DNA of 32,000 nt from Edaphobacter aggregans (GCF_003945235.1 NZ_RSDW01000001.1:660001-692000), one strand, 5' to 3'. Counted from the stretch's first letter, positions 1-11,168 are shown. Numbers and translations are program-made. Notes: generated by a model not told the origin, from the sequence alone.

Positions 1-480
1 GACAACATCGCCAATGTAATCATTGCGCAGATGCTGTTCCTGAGCGGCGAGGACCCGGAGAAGGACATTCAGCTCTACATCAACTCGCCGGGCGGTTCGA
101 TCACGGCCGGACTCGCGATCTACGACACGATGCAGTACATCAAGAATGACGTGGTGACGTTCTGCATCGGACAGGCTGCCAGCATGGGGGCATTTCTCCT
201 CATGGCCGGCAAGAAGGGTAAGCGGTTTGCCTTGCCGAACTCGCGCATCCTGATCCACCAGCCGTCCATGGGCGGGCTGAGCGGACAGGCGACCGACATC
301 GACATCCACGCGCGCGAGATTCTTCGCATCCGCGAGATCACCAACAAGTTGATGAGCGCCAGCACCGGGCAGTCGCTTGAACGGATCGAGAGGGACGTGG
401 AGCGCGACTTCATCATGACGGCTGCGCAGTCCAAGGAGTACGGAATCATCGACGATATCATCGACCGCCCCCGAAACTGA
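1..480 (+). CDS. clpP: ATP-dependent Clp protease proteolytic subunit ClpP (5' end outside window)
   Basis: Frame 1 is open from base 1 ([33 protein letters not shown]...); track ORF 31..480 is its in-frame tail. ClpP hallmarks are present: catalytic Ser context [11 protein letters not shown], His context RILIHQP, Asp context [12 protein letters not shown]. It is followed by clpX and lon in the canonical order. Confidence 0.95.
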   Translation, partial: DNIANVIIAQMLFLSGEDPEKDIQLYINSPGGSITAGLAIYDTMQYIKNDVVTFCIGQAASMGAFLLMAGKKGKRFALPNSRILIHQPSMGGLSGQATDIDIHAREILRIREITNKLMSASTGQSLERIERDVERDFIMTAAQSKEYGIIDDIIDRPRN

Positions 481-504
481 TAAACACCCTATACAATTAC
501 GACG

Positions 505-540
505 AAAGCCCGGATGGTCAAATATCCGGGCTTTTTGTTG
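505..540 (+). terminator. Rho-independent terminator downstream of clpP
   Basis: Perfect 9-bp stem AGCCCGGAT (507-515) / ATCCGGGCT (524-532) with an 8-nt loop, followed directly by TTTTGTTG. It starts about 25 nt after the clpP stop. Confidence 0.75.
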
Positions 541-654
541 TATAGCAAACCGATGTACTAAGGTAGACACCTGGTCGCCGGTGGCGATCTTGAATCGGGT
601 GTAAACTGGTATTAATACCTTTTTGTACTGCTTTGCCAGGAGCTGTAAGAACCT

Positions 655-1941
655 ATGAAAACGTCACGGGGCTCAGACGAATCTCTTCGTTGCTCGTTCT
701 GCCACAAGTCGCAGGATGCCGTTGCTAAATTGATCTCGTCACCCTCGGACTATCCGCGAGCTTACATCTGCGATGAGTGCGTGGCGGTGTGCAACTCGAT
801 CCTCGAAGACGATCGCAGCGAAACCCAGCCCGGTGCAGCCCCGGCCCATCTGCCGAAGCCGCAGGAGGTTAAGGCGTTTCTCGATGAGTACGTCATCGGG
901 CAGGACACGACGAAGAAGAAACTGGCCGTAGCGGTCTACAACCACTACAAGCGCATCCAGATGAACAAGACTCGCGGCAATGAGGTAGAGCTGGCGAAGT
1001 CGAACATTCTTCTGGTGGGGCCGACGGGATCGGGCAAGACTCTGCTGGCGCATACGCTGGCGAAGATGCTCGATGTACCGTTTGCCATTGTCGATGCGAC
1101 GACATTGACCGAGGCTGGATACGTTGGCGAGGACGTTGAGAACATCATCCTCAAGCTACTGCAGGCCGCTGACGGAGACGTAGCTCGGGCGCAGAGCGGA
1201 ATTATCTACATCGACGAGATCGACAAGATTGGGCGCAAGGACGAGAACCCCTCGATTACGCGTGATGTCTCGGGCGAGGGCGTACAGCAGGCACTCCTGA
1301 AAATTCTCGAAGGCACTGTTGCCAACGTTCCGCCACAGGGCGGTCGCAAGCATCCGCACCAGGAATTTACAGCTGTGGACACAACAAACATCCTGTTCAT
1401 CTGCGGTGGAGCGTTTGTTGGGCTCGAAAAAGTCATTGGGCGTCGCGTCGGCAAGAAGGCGCTTGGCTTCCGCGCTGTCGCCGACCCGGACGCGAAGGAT
1501 GGCGACGTAACCCCGATCCGCGCGCAGCGTGACTCTGAACTGCTGCGTCAGGCTGAACCGCAGGATCTTCTGAAATACGGGTTGATTCCGGAGTTCGTGG
1601 GACGTCTGCCAGTGATGGGCATTCTGGACGAGTTGGACGAAGCTGCGCTGATTGAGATCCTCACCAAGCCGCGCAACGCCATTCTCAAGCAATATGCGAA
1701 ACTCTTTGACTTCGAGGGCGTGAAGGTGACGTTCTCCGACGAGGCAGCTCGGGCTATTGCGCGTGAGGCTCTGATGCGGAAGGTAGGTGCGCGCGGCCTG
1801 CGCATGATCATCGAAGAGCTGATGCTGGACCTGATGTATCACGTGCCTGGCAACAAGAAGGTCAAGGAGATCGTAATCACAGAGGCGATGGTGAAGAATC
1901 GCGATCTTACGCTGCCCATGCTGCTGGAAAAGGCAGGTTAA
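655..1941 (+). CDS. clpX: ATP-dependent Clp protease ATP-binding subunit ClpX
   Basis: 428-aa ORF with an N-terminal C4 zinc-binding motif (CSFC...CDEC), Walker A GPTGSGKT, Walker [10 protein letters not shown] and pore-1 loop GYVG. AGGAG (638-642) lies upstream of ATG 655. Confidence 0.97.
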   Translation: MKTSRGSDESLRCSFCHKSQDAVAKLISSPSDYPRAYICDECVAVCNSILEDDRSETQPGAAPAHLPKPQEVKAFLDEYVIGQDTTKKKLAVAVYNHYKRIQMNKTRGNEVELAKSNILLVGPTGSGKTLLAHTLAKMLDVPFAIVDATTLTEAGYVGEDVENIILKLLQAADGDVARAQSGIIYIDEIDKIGRKDENPSITRDVSGEGVQQALLKILEGTVANVPPQGGRKHPHQEFTAVDTTNILFICGGAFVGLEKVIGRRVGKKALGFRAVADPDAKDGDVTPIRAQRDSELLRQAEPQDLLKYGLIPEFVGRLPVMGILDELDEAALIEILTKPRNAILKQYAKLFDFEGVKVTFSDEAARAIAREALMRKVGARGLRMIIEELMLDLMYHVPGNKKVKEIVITEAMVKNRDLTLPMLLEKAG

Positions 1942-2387
1942 TAACCGTTGCTGCGCGTATGACGGCGTAGATTTGTTCTCGCGAGCTTGTTTTAGCACTC
2001 CTTCTGACTACGCTTTAAGCGCCTAGTGGCGTTGCTGGATCTTACTTCCCTTTTATAAAAGTGGGACGTGGACCCGACGTTGTTCTATGCCCTGGAACCC
2101 AAATAATTCAACCCTGAAATGCCCTACCTTCTGTGCGTCCGAACCATATGAGGCATCGAATGGGTCTTACGCGTTCTTTTGAGCCAGTAATTTCCTGATT
2201 TCCCTAGATAGCTGGTTTGTCTGTCGTTTCGACCAAGCAATTTATCTTCCACTCGACTTTGATCTCATCGTGGTTCCTTCTTTTCTTGAGTATTCGCACA
2301 GGGCTTCTGAGGCATTACAATCACGGAAAGCCGCGAACGCCGAGCTTGCATCGTTGTCGGCGTTTCAACGTCTAATTGGGGAGAACA

Positions 2388-4814
2388 ATGACAAACCAAC
2401 CAAAAGAAACGCTGAGCGGCGAAGTTCGCAAGCTACCAATGATGCCCATTCGTGACATGGTCATCTTCCCTCACATGATGACCCCGTTCGTCGTTGGGCG
2501 CGAATCCAGCGTACGGGCTCTTGAAGAAGCGCTATCCGGCGACCGGAAGATCTTTCTGGCGACCCAGCACGACGCCTCGGTCGACGAGCCAAACGCCGAC
2601 GACATTTATCAGACCGGCACGATCGGCAATATCGTCCAGAGCGTAAAAATGCCGGATGGCAACATCAAGGTCCTAGTAGAAGGTGTTGAGCGGGCGCGTG
2701 CCACTGAGATCAACGACGTTGATGGCTTTTTTGTCGCGACGGTTCGCACGGGAAAGACCCAGCTCGAGCAGACGCCGCAGGTTGAGCAACTGATGCAGCG
2801 GGTCCACTCGCTGTTTGAACAGTACGTAAAATTGCAGCAGTCCTTGAACTACGAGACGATGGCCGCGAGTGTCCGCTCCGACGAGCCGGCCAAGCTGGCT
2901 GACACCATCGCCGCCAATCTGCAGCTCTCCATCGAGGAGAAGCAGCAATTGCTCGAGGTCTTTGATCCGGAGACTCGCCTGGCGCGCGTGGCTGATGTTC
3001 TGGATGTCGCCATCGAGAAGCTGAATATGGACCGGACGATTCAGTCGCGCGTGAAGCGGCAGATGGAGAAGGCCCAGAAAGAGTACTACCTCAATGAGAA
3101 GATCAAGGCCATCCAGAAGGAGCTTGGCCGCGGTGAGAAATCCGAGTTTGATGAGCTGAAGAAGAAGATTGAAGCTGCAGGTATGCCGAAGGATGTTCTC
3201 GACAAGTCACTTCAGGAGCTCAAAAAGCTTGAGGCGATGCCTCCGATGTCTGCCGAGTCGACCGTATCTCGGAATTATCTGGACTGGCTGCTAGCTGTGC
3301 CGTGGAAGAAACGCTCGAAGGAGATTCGCTCGATTGAGCACGCTGAACAGATCCTCAACGAAGATCACTATGGGCTTGAGAAGATCAAAGAGCGCATTCT
3401 TGAGTTTCTCGCCGTACGCCAGCTCGTGAAGAATCCCAAGGGATCTATCCTATGCTTCGTCGGACCTCCGGGCGTCGGCAAGACGTCGCTCGGCATGTCG
3501 ATCGCGAAGGCCACGGGGCGCAAGTTTGTGCGGATGTCGCTGGGCGGCGTGCGTGATGAGGCGGAGATTCGCGGGCATCGGCGCACCTACATCGGCGCAC
3601 TGCCTGGACAGATTATCCAGTCGATGAAGAAAGCGGGCACGAAGAACCCCGTCTTCATGTTGGACGAGATCGACAAGATGGCTTCGGATTTCCGTGGCGA
3701 CCCGGCTAGCGCGCTGCTCGAAGTGTTGGATCCTGAGCAGAACACCTCGTTTCAAGACCACTATCTCGACGTCGAATATGATCTTTCGCAGGTGCTGTTT
3801 GTTGCAACTGCGAATGTGCTTCACACCATACCCGGCCCACTTCAGGACCGCATGGAGATTCTCCGGCTGCATGGCTACACGGAAATAGAGAAGCTCGAGA
3901 TCGCCAAGCAGTATCTGGTGAAGAAGCAGCGCGAGGGCACGGGTCTGACAGAGAAACAGGTCGTCTTCGAAGATGATGCGTTGAAGCAGATCATCCGCGC
4001 CTACACACGCGAGGCCGGCGTCAGGAATCTCGAGCGCGAGATAGGGAATGTCTGCCGCAAGGTGGCGCGACGCGTTGTGAAGAACGGGGCGGACTACACC
4101 GAGACCATCACGGCCGAGAACATCGGCGACCTGCTGGGCGTGGCCAAGTTTCGTGATTCGCAGGTGCATGAGAAGAGCGAGGTTGGCCTGGTCACGGGCT
4201 TGGCCTGGACGGAGATGGGGGGCACGATCCTGCAGACCGAAGTTCAGGTGCTGGATGGCAAGGGCAAGATGACCGCCACCGGCCAGCTCGGCGATGTAAT
4301 GCAGGAGTCTGCGCAGGCTGCGCTGAGCTATATCCGTTCACGGGCGCATCACCTTGGCCTTGCGAAGGACTTTTACCGCAACGTCGACATTCACGTCCAT
4401 GTTCCTGAGGGTGCTATTCCCAAGGATGGCCCATCAGCCGGCATTACGCTTGCGACCGGGCTGGCCAGCGCACTGACCAAGATCAAGGTGCGGCGCGACA
4501 TCGCCATGACCGGCGAGATTACGCTACGCGGCAAAGTGCTTCCGATTGGCGGCCTGAAGGAGAAGCTGCTGGCGGCACATCGCGCCGGGATATTCGAGGC
4601 AATTCTGCCGGAGGAGAACCGCAGGGACCTACCCGATCTGCCGGAACTCTTGAAGACGAGCATGCAGCTGCACTTTGTCGAGGAAATGGATCAGGTGCTG
4701 CAGATTGCATTGGAGAGTAAGCTGCCCGAGTTGACCGAAGAGACTCCTGAAGGACTGGCAGCCTCCGTACTTCCGGCTGAGATCGATATCTCTCAACCGC
4801 GCGCTCATCAGTAA
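2388..4814 (+). CDS. lon: ATP-dependent Lon protease (LonA type)
   Basis: The track ORF starts at TTG 2376. I prefer ATG 2388 because GGGGAGA (2378-2384) sits just upstream. Lon N-domain, Walker [10 protein letters not shown], Walker [10 protein letters not shown], protease Ser context [10 protein letters not shown] and Lys context [14 protein letters not shown] are all present. Confidence 0.96.
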   Translation: MTNQPKETLSGEVRKLPMMPIRDMVIFPHMMTPFVVGRESSVRALEEALSGDRKIFLATQHDASVDEPNADDIYQTGTIGNIVQSVKMPDGNIKVLVEGVERARATEINDVDGFFVATVRTGKTQLEQTPQVEQLMQRVHSLFEQYVKLQQSLNYETMAASVRSDEPAKLADTIAANLQLSIEEKQQLLEVFDPETRLARVADVLDVAIEKLNMDRTIQSRVKRQMEKAQKEYYLNEKIKAIQKELGRGEKSEFDELKKKIEAAGMPKDVLDKSLQELKKLEAMPPMSAESTVSRNYLDWLLAVPWKKRSKEIRSIEHAEQILNEDHYGLEKIKERILEFLAVRQLVKNPKGSILCFVGPPGVGKTSLGMSIAKATGRKFVRMSLGGVRDEAEIRGHRRTYIGALPGQIIQSMKKAGTKNPVFMLDEIDKMASDFRGDPASALLEVLDPEQNTSFQDHYLDVEYDLSQVLFVATANVLHTIPGPLQDRMEILRLHGYTEIEKLEIAKQYLVKKQREGTGLTEKQVVFEDDALKQIIRAYTREAGVRNLEREIGNVCRKVARRVVKNGADYTETITAENIGDLLGVAKFRDSQVHEKSEVGLVTGLAWTEMGGTILQTEVQVLDGKGKMTATGQLGDVMQESAQAALSYIRSRAHHLGLAKDFYRNVDIHVHVPEGAIPKDGPSAGITLATGLASALTKIKVRRDIAMTGEITLRGKVLPIGGLKEKLLAAHRAGIFEAILPEENRRDLPDLPELLKTSMQLHFVEEMDQVLQIALESKLPELTEETPEGLAASVLPAEIDISQPRAHQ

Positions 4815-4824
4815 TTGGCAAAAC

Positions 4825-4905
4825 TAACAGCGGTGTGACATAGGGGAGCCTCTCTTCTCTCACGCCGCTGTTACAAGCGGAGCCGTAGCCTTGGCTACGC
4901 TTTCT
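4825..4905 (+). terminator. Two stem-loops downstream of lon (candidate terminator)
   Basis: First: AACAGCGGTGTGA (4825-4837) pairs with TCACGCCGCTGTT (4859-4871), 12 Watson-Crick pairs plus one G:U, 21-nt loop. Second: CGTAGC (4883-4888) / GCTACG (4893-4898), loop CTTG, followed by CTTTCTG. The U-tract is weak. Confidence 0.4.
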
Positions 4906-5217
4906 GACCTTGTCTGCTTCTGGAGCGCTAGATAGTGAGTCTGGAACCCCGTTCCTACGTTCGAAACTCTGCGTCTTAGCTGCCTTGAATCCTACCTAGC
5001 CGCCTGATAAAACAGACGATCTAGCACAGTCGAGATGTTTACCTGATGTACTCCTCCGTCTGATAGGTGTGTTTGTCCATTTCACCGCTCTTCTGCTGTT
5101 GTCGGCGAGAGCGCCGGACCACTTTCACTCAAGCCTCTCCTCCACACGTTTGGGCCAAGCAGCCAAGAAAAGAGCTTCATGTGAAGTTAAGGTTTCTCGC
5201 TTATCGTTAACCTTCGA

Positions 5218-6597
5218 ATGATATTTCGACTCGGTTTGACAGGACATAGATCGCGGCAATACTGCGGTGCAGCTTTGGCGTTGAGTCTGCTCTTAGCAGG
5301 AGGGGGTAGCGAGTATGCTTTGGCACAGGCGGCGGCTACCTCTACATCGCCAGCAGCTACCGTCTCGATCAGTTTGAATGATGCCATTCAGCGCGCTCAG
5401 GCGAACGAGCCTGCGTTCGCGGCTATCGCGGCTGAGACCAAGGCAACGCAATTGGATCGATCCATTGCAAAAGCCGCTTTGTTGCCGAGCCTGGATTATC
5501 ACAATCAGTTTCTCTATACCCAGCCGAATGGCGAGGTAACGCAGGTCGGAGGCCAGGCAGCTCCCCGCTTCATTGCAAACAATGCTGTTCATGAGTACAC
5601 AAGCCAGGCAACAGTCAATGAGACTTTGGGATTGCAAGGAGTCGCGGGAGTGCAGCGTGCCTCTGCAGCGTCGGCGCGGGCAGCTGCCGAGTTGGAGGTA
5701 GCGCGCAGGGGGCTGGTCAGCGCAGTCGTTGGGCTGTACTTTGGAGTTTTGGCGTCGGAACGAAAATTGACCGTATCCCAGCGGGCTGCCGGGGAAGCCG
5801 ACGCGTTCACGAATCTTGCGCAGAAGCGGGAGGCCGCGAGAGAAGTTGCCCATGCCGACGTGGTGAAGGCGGAGCTCCAGCAGCAACAGCGGCAGCGCGA
5901 TCTGGCCGATGCTCAGCTTGCGTTCGATCGGTCTCGACTTGAGCTTGGGATACTGCTCTTTCCCGATCCACGTACGTCGTATACGCTTCAGGCTGGAGAC
6001 ACCTCAGCTGCGCTGCCCACGCGTGCAGAGGTTGAAGCGGCTGCGGGGCGCATGAATCCTGAGTTGAAGAGCGCGCTCGCTTTGGTGAGACTGAACGAGA
6101 TCGATGTTCTGGCTGCGAAAGCGGCTTATATGCCTGATCTCGCACTTAATTTTACGTACGGCATTGATGCGCCGCAGTTCGCGGTGAATGGACCTGATGG
6201 AATTCGAAATCTCGGATACTCGGCGAGCGCTACGCTGGATATTCCAGTCTGGAACTGGCTGTCGACGCAGAATAAGGTTAAGCAGAGCCAGATTCGCAGA
6301 GATGCTGCACGTGTAGCGCTTACCGCTACACAGAAACGCTTGATAGTTGCACTGGATACTTTCTACGCCGAAGCTGTTAGCGTTCGTACGCAACTCGCTT
6401 CGCTCGATGCCAGTGTGCAGACCGCGGCCGAAAGCCTTCGCCTTACGAGGCTGCGCTATACGGGCGGGGAGGCCACGGTGCTGGAGGTCGTTGACGCGGA
6501 AAACGCACTGACGGGCTCCGAGATCGCTCGGGAAGATGGCCTGGTTCGCTACCAGGCAGCACTTGCAAATCTGCAGACACTAACAGGAACCCTGTGA
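5218..6597 (+). CDS. TolC-family outer-membrane efflux protein (OMF)
   Basis: 459-aa ORF with a signal-like N-terminus (...ALALSLLLAGGGSEYALAQA). It has a typical OEP-family opening (SLNDAIQRAQANEPAFAAIAAE...LLPSLDY) and a duplicated coiled/beta repeat organisation. It is first gene of a three-gene RND operon. The start is uncertain (TTG 5236 is possible). Confidence 0.85.
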   Translation: MIFRLGLTGHRSRQYCGAALALSLLLAGGGSEYALAQAAATSTSPAATVSISLNDAIQRAQANEPAFAAIAAETKATQLDRSIAKAALLPSLDYHNQFLYTQPNGEVTQVGGQAAPRFIANNAVHEYTSQATVNETLGLQGVAGVQRASAASARAAAELEVARRGLVSAVVGLYFGVLASERKLTVSQRAAGEADAFTNLAQKREAAREVAHADVVKAELQQQQRQRDLADAQLAFDRSRLELGILLFPDPRTSYTLQAGDTSAALPTRAEVEAAAGRMNPELKSALALVRLNEIDVLAAKAAYMPDLALNFTYGIDAPQFAVNGPDGIRNLGYSASATLDIPVWNWLSTQNKVKQSQIRRDAARVALTATQKRLIVALDTFYAEAVSVRTQLASLDASVQTAAESLRLTRLRYTGGEATVLEVVDAENALTGSEIAREDGLVRYQAALANLQTLTGTL

Positions 6598-7943
6598 AGC
6601 GACCCATGAGAACACACGACCAATACAGCGCACGTTCAACGCAGAACAAACAGTTTCGCTTGTACCGCTCGCTTCTTCTTTGCTCCGCGACGTGGGCTAT
6701 CGTTTCAGCGATCGGTTGCACGAAGAAAGAGAGCTTGCCCGAGACAGTGGTGACGGTGCAGGCAGAGAAGCCTGAGCAAGGCTCGATCACAGAGCACATT
6801 ACCGTAGATGCAGCTCTTTCGCCATTAACACAGGCTGCGCTTTCGCCGAAGATCACTGCGCCAATCAAGCATTTTGATGTACAGCGAGGGACGCGCGTGA
6901 AGGCCGGACAGTTGCTGGCGACACTCGAGAACAAAGATCTGCAGGCGGCTGCTCTAGATAACAAGGGTTCGTTCACAGCGGCACAAGCGGCCTATGATAC
7001 GGCGACTCAGGCACAGGTTCCAGAAGATCTACAGAAGGCGCAACTGGATCTTGCTCAGGCAACGGCCAATCTCAAACTGAATGAAAGCATCGTCACAAGC
7101 CGCAAGCAACTCTTCGCCGAAGGAGCGATTCCCGGGCGTGATCTTGATACCGCCACAGCTGCGCTTGTGCAAGCTCAAGCTGTGTACGACATTGCGAAGC
7201 AGCATTACGACTCGATGCAACGCGTCAGTCACAAAGCAGCACTGAAGACTGCCGAAGGGCAACTCGCTTCGGCAGAGGGCAAATTGCGCGGAGCAGAGGC
7301 GCAGGTTAGCTATTCCGAGATCAGAAGTCCGATTGATGGAGTCGTGACCGATCGATCTCTCTTCGCGGGTGAGACGGCTCCGGCGGGTACGCCTTTGATT
7401 ACAGTGATGGATACCTCGTCCCTCATTGCTAAGGTCCATCTTGCGCAATCCGTGGCGCAGCGGCTTGCAGTGGGTGATGAGGCAACTATTACGATTCCTG
7501 GCAGAGAAAAAGATGTACCGGCGAAGGTCTCGTTGATTAGTCCTGCACTTGATCCCGGCAGTACGACGGTTGAGGTCTGGCTGCGGATCGACAACAAAAA
7601 AGGCGAACTTAAAGTAGGCACTCCCGTTCGGGCTTCAATCGCGGGTCGCAGTGTGGCGAATGCATTGAAGATACCCTCGGCGGCGGTTCTGACGGCGCAG
7701 GACAACAGCAAGTCTGTGATGGTGGTTGGAGCCGATGGAGTCTCGCATCGCAAGCCCGTGGAGGTCGGCATCCAGAATGACGGCGATATCCAGATCGTTA
7801 GTGGGCTGACGGCGAATGACGTTGTCGTTACCGGAGGAGCCTATGGCCTTGAGGACGGCACGAAGATCAAGGTGGGCGCTGAAGGAGACGATGACAAGGA
7901 GAAACCGGCGGCGGGCAAGAGCGGGGATGGAGACGAAAAATAA
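6594..7943 (+). CDS. Efflux RND periplasmic adaptor (MFP/HlyD family), probable lipoprotein
   Basis: GTG 6594 overlaps the upstream stop (GTGA); ATG 6606 is an alternative. Lipobox-like VSAIGC. Biotinyl-lipoyl half motifs are present (ITAPIKHFDVQRGTRVKAGQLLATLE ... IRSPIDGVVTDRSLFAGE), with a long alpha-hairpin between them. The C-terminal tail is acidic/Lys-rich. Confidence 0.9.
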   Translation: MKRPMRTHDQYSARSTQNKQFRLYRSLLLCSATWAIVSAIGCTKKESLPETVVTVQAEKPEQGSITEHITVDAALSPLTQAALSPKITAPIKHFDVQRGTRVKAGQLLATLENKDLQAAALDNKGSFTAAQAAYDTATQAQVPEDLQKAQLDLAQATANLKLNESIVTSRKQLFAEGAIPGRDLDTATAALVQAQAVYDIAKQHYDSMQRVSHKAALKTAEGQLASAEGKLRGAEAQVSYSEIRSPIDGVVTDRSLFAGETAPAGTPLITVMDTSSLIAKVHLAQSVAQRLAVGDEATITIPGREKDVPAKVSLISPALDPGSTTVEVWLRIDNKKGELKVGTPVRASIAGRSVANALKIPSAAVLTAQDNSKSVMVVGADGVSHRKPVEVGIQNDGDIQIVSGLTANDVVVTGGAYGLEDGTKIKVGAEGDDDKEKPAAGKSGDGDEK

Positions 7944-10900
7944 TGTCAGCTCCCACTTTGCCCCAGACTCTCGTACCGAAGTCTCCAGAACGATTCTGGT
8001 TGGCGGACTATGCGCGAATCATCTTCTTCTTTGTCATCGCACTGACCATCATCGGTATCTACGTAGCGTTTCAGGTGCCGATCTCTGTATTTCCGGAGAC
8101 TAATTTTCCTCGGGTAGTGATTGGTGTCGATAACGGCGTGATGCCTGTCGAACAGATGCAGGTGACCATTACGAAGCCAATCGAGGATGCCGTCAATAGC
8201 GTGCCTGGATTGACGACGGTACGGTCGACGACCAGTCGCGGATCGGCCGAGGTGAGCCTGTTCTTCGATTGGAACCAGGATATGTTCAAGACGCTGCAGT
8301 TGGTGGATGCGGCGTTGACGAAGGTGCAGCAGACGTTGCCGTCGACCGCGAAGATCACGACCAATCGTCTGACCTTTGCGACTTTTCCGATTCTTGGCTA
8401 CAGCCTTACCTCCGATACGGTGCCCCAGACGCGGCTTTGGGAGATTGCAACGTATGATCTGAAGCCTTCATTGAATCGCGTGAGCGGTGTCAGTGCGGTG
8501 ACTGTGCAGGGGGGTAAGGTTCCAGAGTTCCACGTCGTGCCGGATATGGCGCGGCTGCAGATTGCGGGCGTTACGATTTTGGATCTCGTTAACGCTATGC
8601 AGGCTTCGAACATAATCGATTCGCCCGGCCTGTATGAAGCGAATCATCAGCTTGTCCTTGGGCTCGTTGGAGCTCAGGTTCACGACGCCGAAGGCTTGAG
8701 CCAGCTTGTGGTGAAGGTCTCTCCCGCAGGGGTGCCAATACGTGTTGGGGACATCGCGACAGTGCAGCAGGCTACGATGCCCGTTTACACCGCCGTTACT
8801 GCAAATGGTAAACAGGCTGTATTGATCAACATCACGCGGCAGCCTTCGGGCAATACGGTCGCGGTGGGCAATGCGGTGGCCGCGGAGATCGAACGGCTGA
8901 GGCACACGCTTCCTGCAGGCGTGAAACTGGAAATTTATTACGATCAGTCTCAGCTTGTGCGCGACAGCATTTCGAGTGTGCGCGATGCGATTCTGGTCGG
9001 GCTGGTGCTGGCTTGCATCATCCTTTTCCTGTTCCTGCACGACTGGCGCTCGTCGCTAATTGCGGGGCTGGTCATTCCGGTCACGATCTCTGTCACGATT
9101 CTGTTTCTCTGGCTTCTGGGTGAGAGCTTCAATCTGATGACGCTCGGCGGTCTGGCTGCTGCGATTGGGCTCGTGATCGATGACGCAATTGTCGTCGTCG
9201 AGAACATCGTGCTGCATCGAGATAGTGGTGAGAATCGCTTTGAGGCTGTTCGTAAGGCGCTGCGCGAGATTACTGTACCGTTGATCGGTTCGACGATTAC
9301 GCCAGTCGTGGTCTTCCTACCTCTAGTCGTGGTCACAGGAGTGACGGGGAGCTTTTTCCGCGCGCTTGCAACGACTATGACGGTGGCACTGCTTACGTCA
9401 CTGATGCTGGCACTCACCTGGACACCGGCTCTTAGTTTTGTTTTGCTGCGCGACGACTTAGGTAGTGAGGATACGGCTGAAGAGCCTGCGCACGCTGCTC
9501 CCGGCAAGCTTCTGAAACGAGTTATAGAGTGGCATAGCCGCGTGCTGAACTGGTCATTGGCGAAGCCGATACTGCTTGCTCTGGCCTGCTTGATTTTGGT
9601 GTTTGGGACTTGGTTTGCATATCAACATCTAGGTTCTGACCTGCTGCCTGAGATGGATGAAGGCGGGTTTGTACTGGACTACATTATGCCCGCGGGCAGT
9701 TCGCTGGCCGAAACCAATCGGGTGCTCGAGCATGTTCAGCGCATCCTGGAGGCGACTCCGGAGGTCGAGAGCACTTCGCGACGAACTGGCCTACAGATGG
9801 GTCTGGCTGCGGTGACTGAGGCCAATACCGGCGACTTTACGGTGAAACTGAAAAGCAAGCGCGATCGTGGCATCGATGAGGTGATCGCCGATGTACGCGA
9901 GAAGGTGAAGACTAGCGAGCCCGCGTTGGATGTGGAGTTTACGCAGGTATTGCAGGACATGATCGATGATCTGTCGAATGCTCCGGAGCCAATCCAGATC
10001 AAACTGTTTTCACAAGATCCTGCATTGCTTTCGCAACTGGGACCGCGTGTTGCCGGTGCCATCGGCAAGATTGACGGCGTCGTCGATGTGCAGGATGGGA
10101 TTGAGAACACGATCAGTGGACCTGCGACTAACTTCCACGTGAATCCTGCTGTAGCAGCACGGTTGGGCTTTACGCCGACGGAGGTGGCAGAAGATGCTAC
10201 TTCGATTCTTGATGGCGTGACGACGACTGATCCATTAATTGCGAACGGACGTCCTTATACGATTCGGGTTCGGCTGGGTGATGAAACTCGAGGCTCACTG
10301 GACGCGATTCAGAACACGGTCTTCAATAGCAGCACGGGTAAAACGGCGAACCTCGGATCACTGGCTTCGATCGAGCAACTTCCACCTCAAGATGAGGTAA
10401 GGCGCGAGAATCTACAGCGGCTGATCGTGGTTACGGGAAGGCTTGAAGGGTCGGACCTTGGCTCTGCCATGAAGCGAGTTCAAGCGGTCGTCGACGGTTT
10501 GCATCTGCCGGCAAGCGTTCGCGTGGAGTACGGCGGCACATACGCGGAGCAGCAGAAGTCGTTCCATGACCTAGAAAGGGTTCTGCTGCTTGCGCTGGTG
10601 CTGGTCTTTGGCGTGTTGCTGGCGGAATTTCGCAACTTCTGGGCTCCGATTGCGATTCTTACATCGTCCGTGCTCTCGATCTCGGGTGTTGTGATTGGGC
10701 TGCTGATCACGAATACGACCTTCAATGTTGCGTCTTTCATGGGTTTAATCATGGTCATCGGCATTGTGGCGAAGAACGGCATTCTGCTGCTCGATGCGGA
10801 TGAGAAGGCGCGGGCAGACGGCGCTAAGGTGCGCGAGGCGATGGTGCATGCAGCCCAGCGGCGGTTGCGGCCGATCTTAATGACGGCAATTGCTGCGGTT

Positions 10901-11068
10901 TGCGGAATGCTTCCGCTAGCGTTCGCGCTTGGAGCTGGGTCGCAGATGCTGCAGCCTCTGGCCATTGCTGTGATCGGTGGGCTTGCTGTCTCGATGGTTC
11001 TAAGCCTCGTGGTTACTCCTGTTGTGTATTACCTGCTGACTCGGAATCGGCACGAGGTAACTGCTTAA
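7943..11068 (+). CDS. RND efflux transporter permease (AcrB/HAE-like)
   Basis: 1041 aa with the 12-TM RND architecture and two large periplasmic loops. TM4 motif AIGLVIDDAIVVVENI carries the AcrB-type Asp-Asp pair. ATG 7943 overlaps the adaptor stop (TAATG), implying translational coupling. Confidence 0.95.
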   Translation: MSAPTLPQTLVPKSPERFWLADYARIIFFFVIALTIIGIYVAFQVPISVFPETNFPRVVIGVDNGVMPVEQMQVTITKPIEDAVNSVPGLTTVRSTTSRGSAEVSLFFDWNQDMFKTLQLVDAALTKVQQTLPSTAKITTNRLTFATFPILGYSLTSDTVPQTRLWEIATYDLKPSLNRVSGVSAVTVQGGKVPEFHVVPDMARLQIAGVTILDLVNAMQASNIIDSPGLYEANHQLVLGLVGAQVHDAEGLSQLVVKVSPAGVPIRVGDIATVQQATMPVYTAVTANGKQAVLINITRQPSGNTVAVGNAVAAEIERLRHTLPAGVKLEIYYDQSQLVRDSISSVRDAILVGLVLACIILFLFLHDWRSSLIAGLVIPVTISVTILFLWLLGESFNLMTLGGLAAAIGLVIDDAIVVVENIVLHRDSGENRFEAVRKALREITVPLIGSTITPVVVFLPLVVVTGVTGSFFRALATTMTVALLTSLMLALTWTPALSFVLLRDDLGSEDTAEEPAHAAPGKLLKRVIEWHSRVLNWSLAKPILLALACLILVFGTWFAYQHLGSDLLPEMDEGGFVLDYIMPAGSSLAETNRVLEHVQRILEATPEVESTSRRTGLQMGLAAVTEANTGDFTVKLKSKRDRGIDEVIADVREKVKTSEPALDVEFTQVLQDMIDDLSNAPEPIQIKLFSQDPALLSQLGPRVAGAIGKIDGVVDVQDGIENTISGPATNFHVNPAVAARLGFTPTEVAEDATSILDGVTTTDPLIANGRPYTIRVRLGDETRGSLDAIQNTVFNSSTGKTANLGSLASIEQLPPQDEVRRENLQRLIVVTGRLEGSDLGSAMKRVQAVVDGLHLPASVRVEYGGTYAEQQKSFHDLERVLLLALVLVFGVLLAEFRNFWAPIAILTSSVLSISGVVIGLLITNTTFNVASFMGLIMVIGIVAKNGILLLDADEKARADGAKVREAMVHAAQRRLRPILMTAIAAVCGMLPLAFALGAGSQMLQPLAIAVIGGLAVSMVLSLVVTPVVYYLLTRNRHEVTA

Positions 11069-11092
11069 CACCGATCTGCACCGATTTGGTTT

Positions 11093-11128
11093 GGGAGGGG
11101 TGGAGTATCCCCTTCCCCCATACTTTTT
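11093..11128 (+). terminator. Candidate terminator after the RND pump gene
   Basis: GGGAGGGG (11093-11100) pairs with CCCCTTCCC (11109-11117): 8 bp with one bulged T and an 8-nt loop. A T5 run follows at 11124-11128. The 3' arm is also the start of repeat copy 1. Confidence 0.45.
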
Positions 11129-11168
11129 GGGGCAAAGTATTCATTGTAGGAAGCTTAGGCCTGGACTT
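11109..11168. repeat. Intergenic repeat, copy 1 (~60 nt)
   Basis: It shares with copy 2 the blocks ATACTTTTT, CAAAGTATTCATTG, AAGCTT and GGACTT in the same order, plus a C/T-rich leader. It contains an internal inverted repeat ATACTTT / AAAGTAT. Confidence 0.6.

Noticed and set aside
590-618. Sigma70-like hexamers upstream of clpX (TTGAAT-17 nt-TAATAC). A similar guess upstream of lon is TTGCTG 2032-2037, 16 nt, TATAAA 2054-2059.
   Set aside because: The matches to consensus are partial (3-5 of 6), and promoter consensus for this lineage is not something I can assume. They are not reported as features.
1156-1998. 280-aa ORF antisense to clpX. Similar long antisense ORFs occur at 3450..4169 in lon, 14447..15115 in a permease gene and 18365..19006 in the ppiD-like gene.
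   Set aside because: Each lies entirely inside a gene with unmistakable family motifs on the other strand. They have Arg/Leu/Gln-rich shadow-frame composition and no SD. These are typical stop-poor antisense frames of GC-rich coding DNA.
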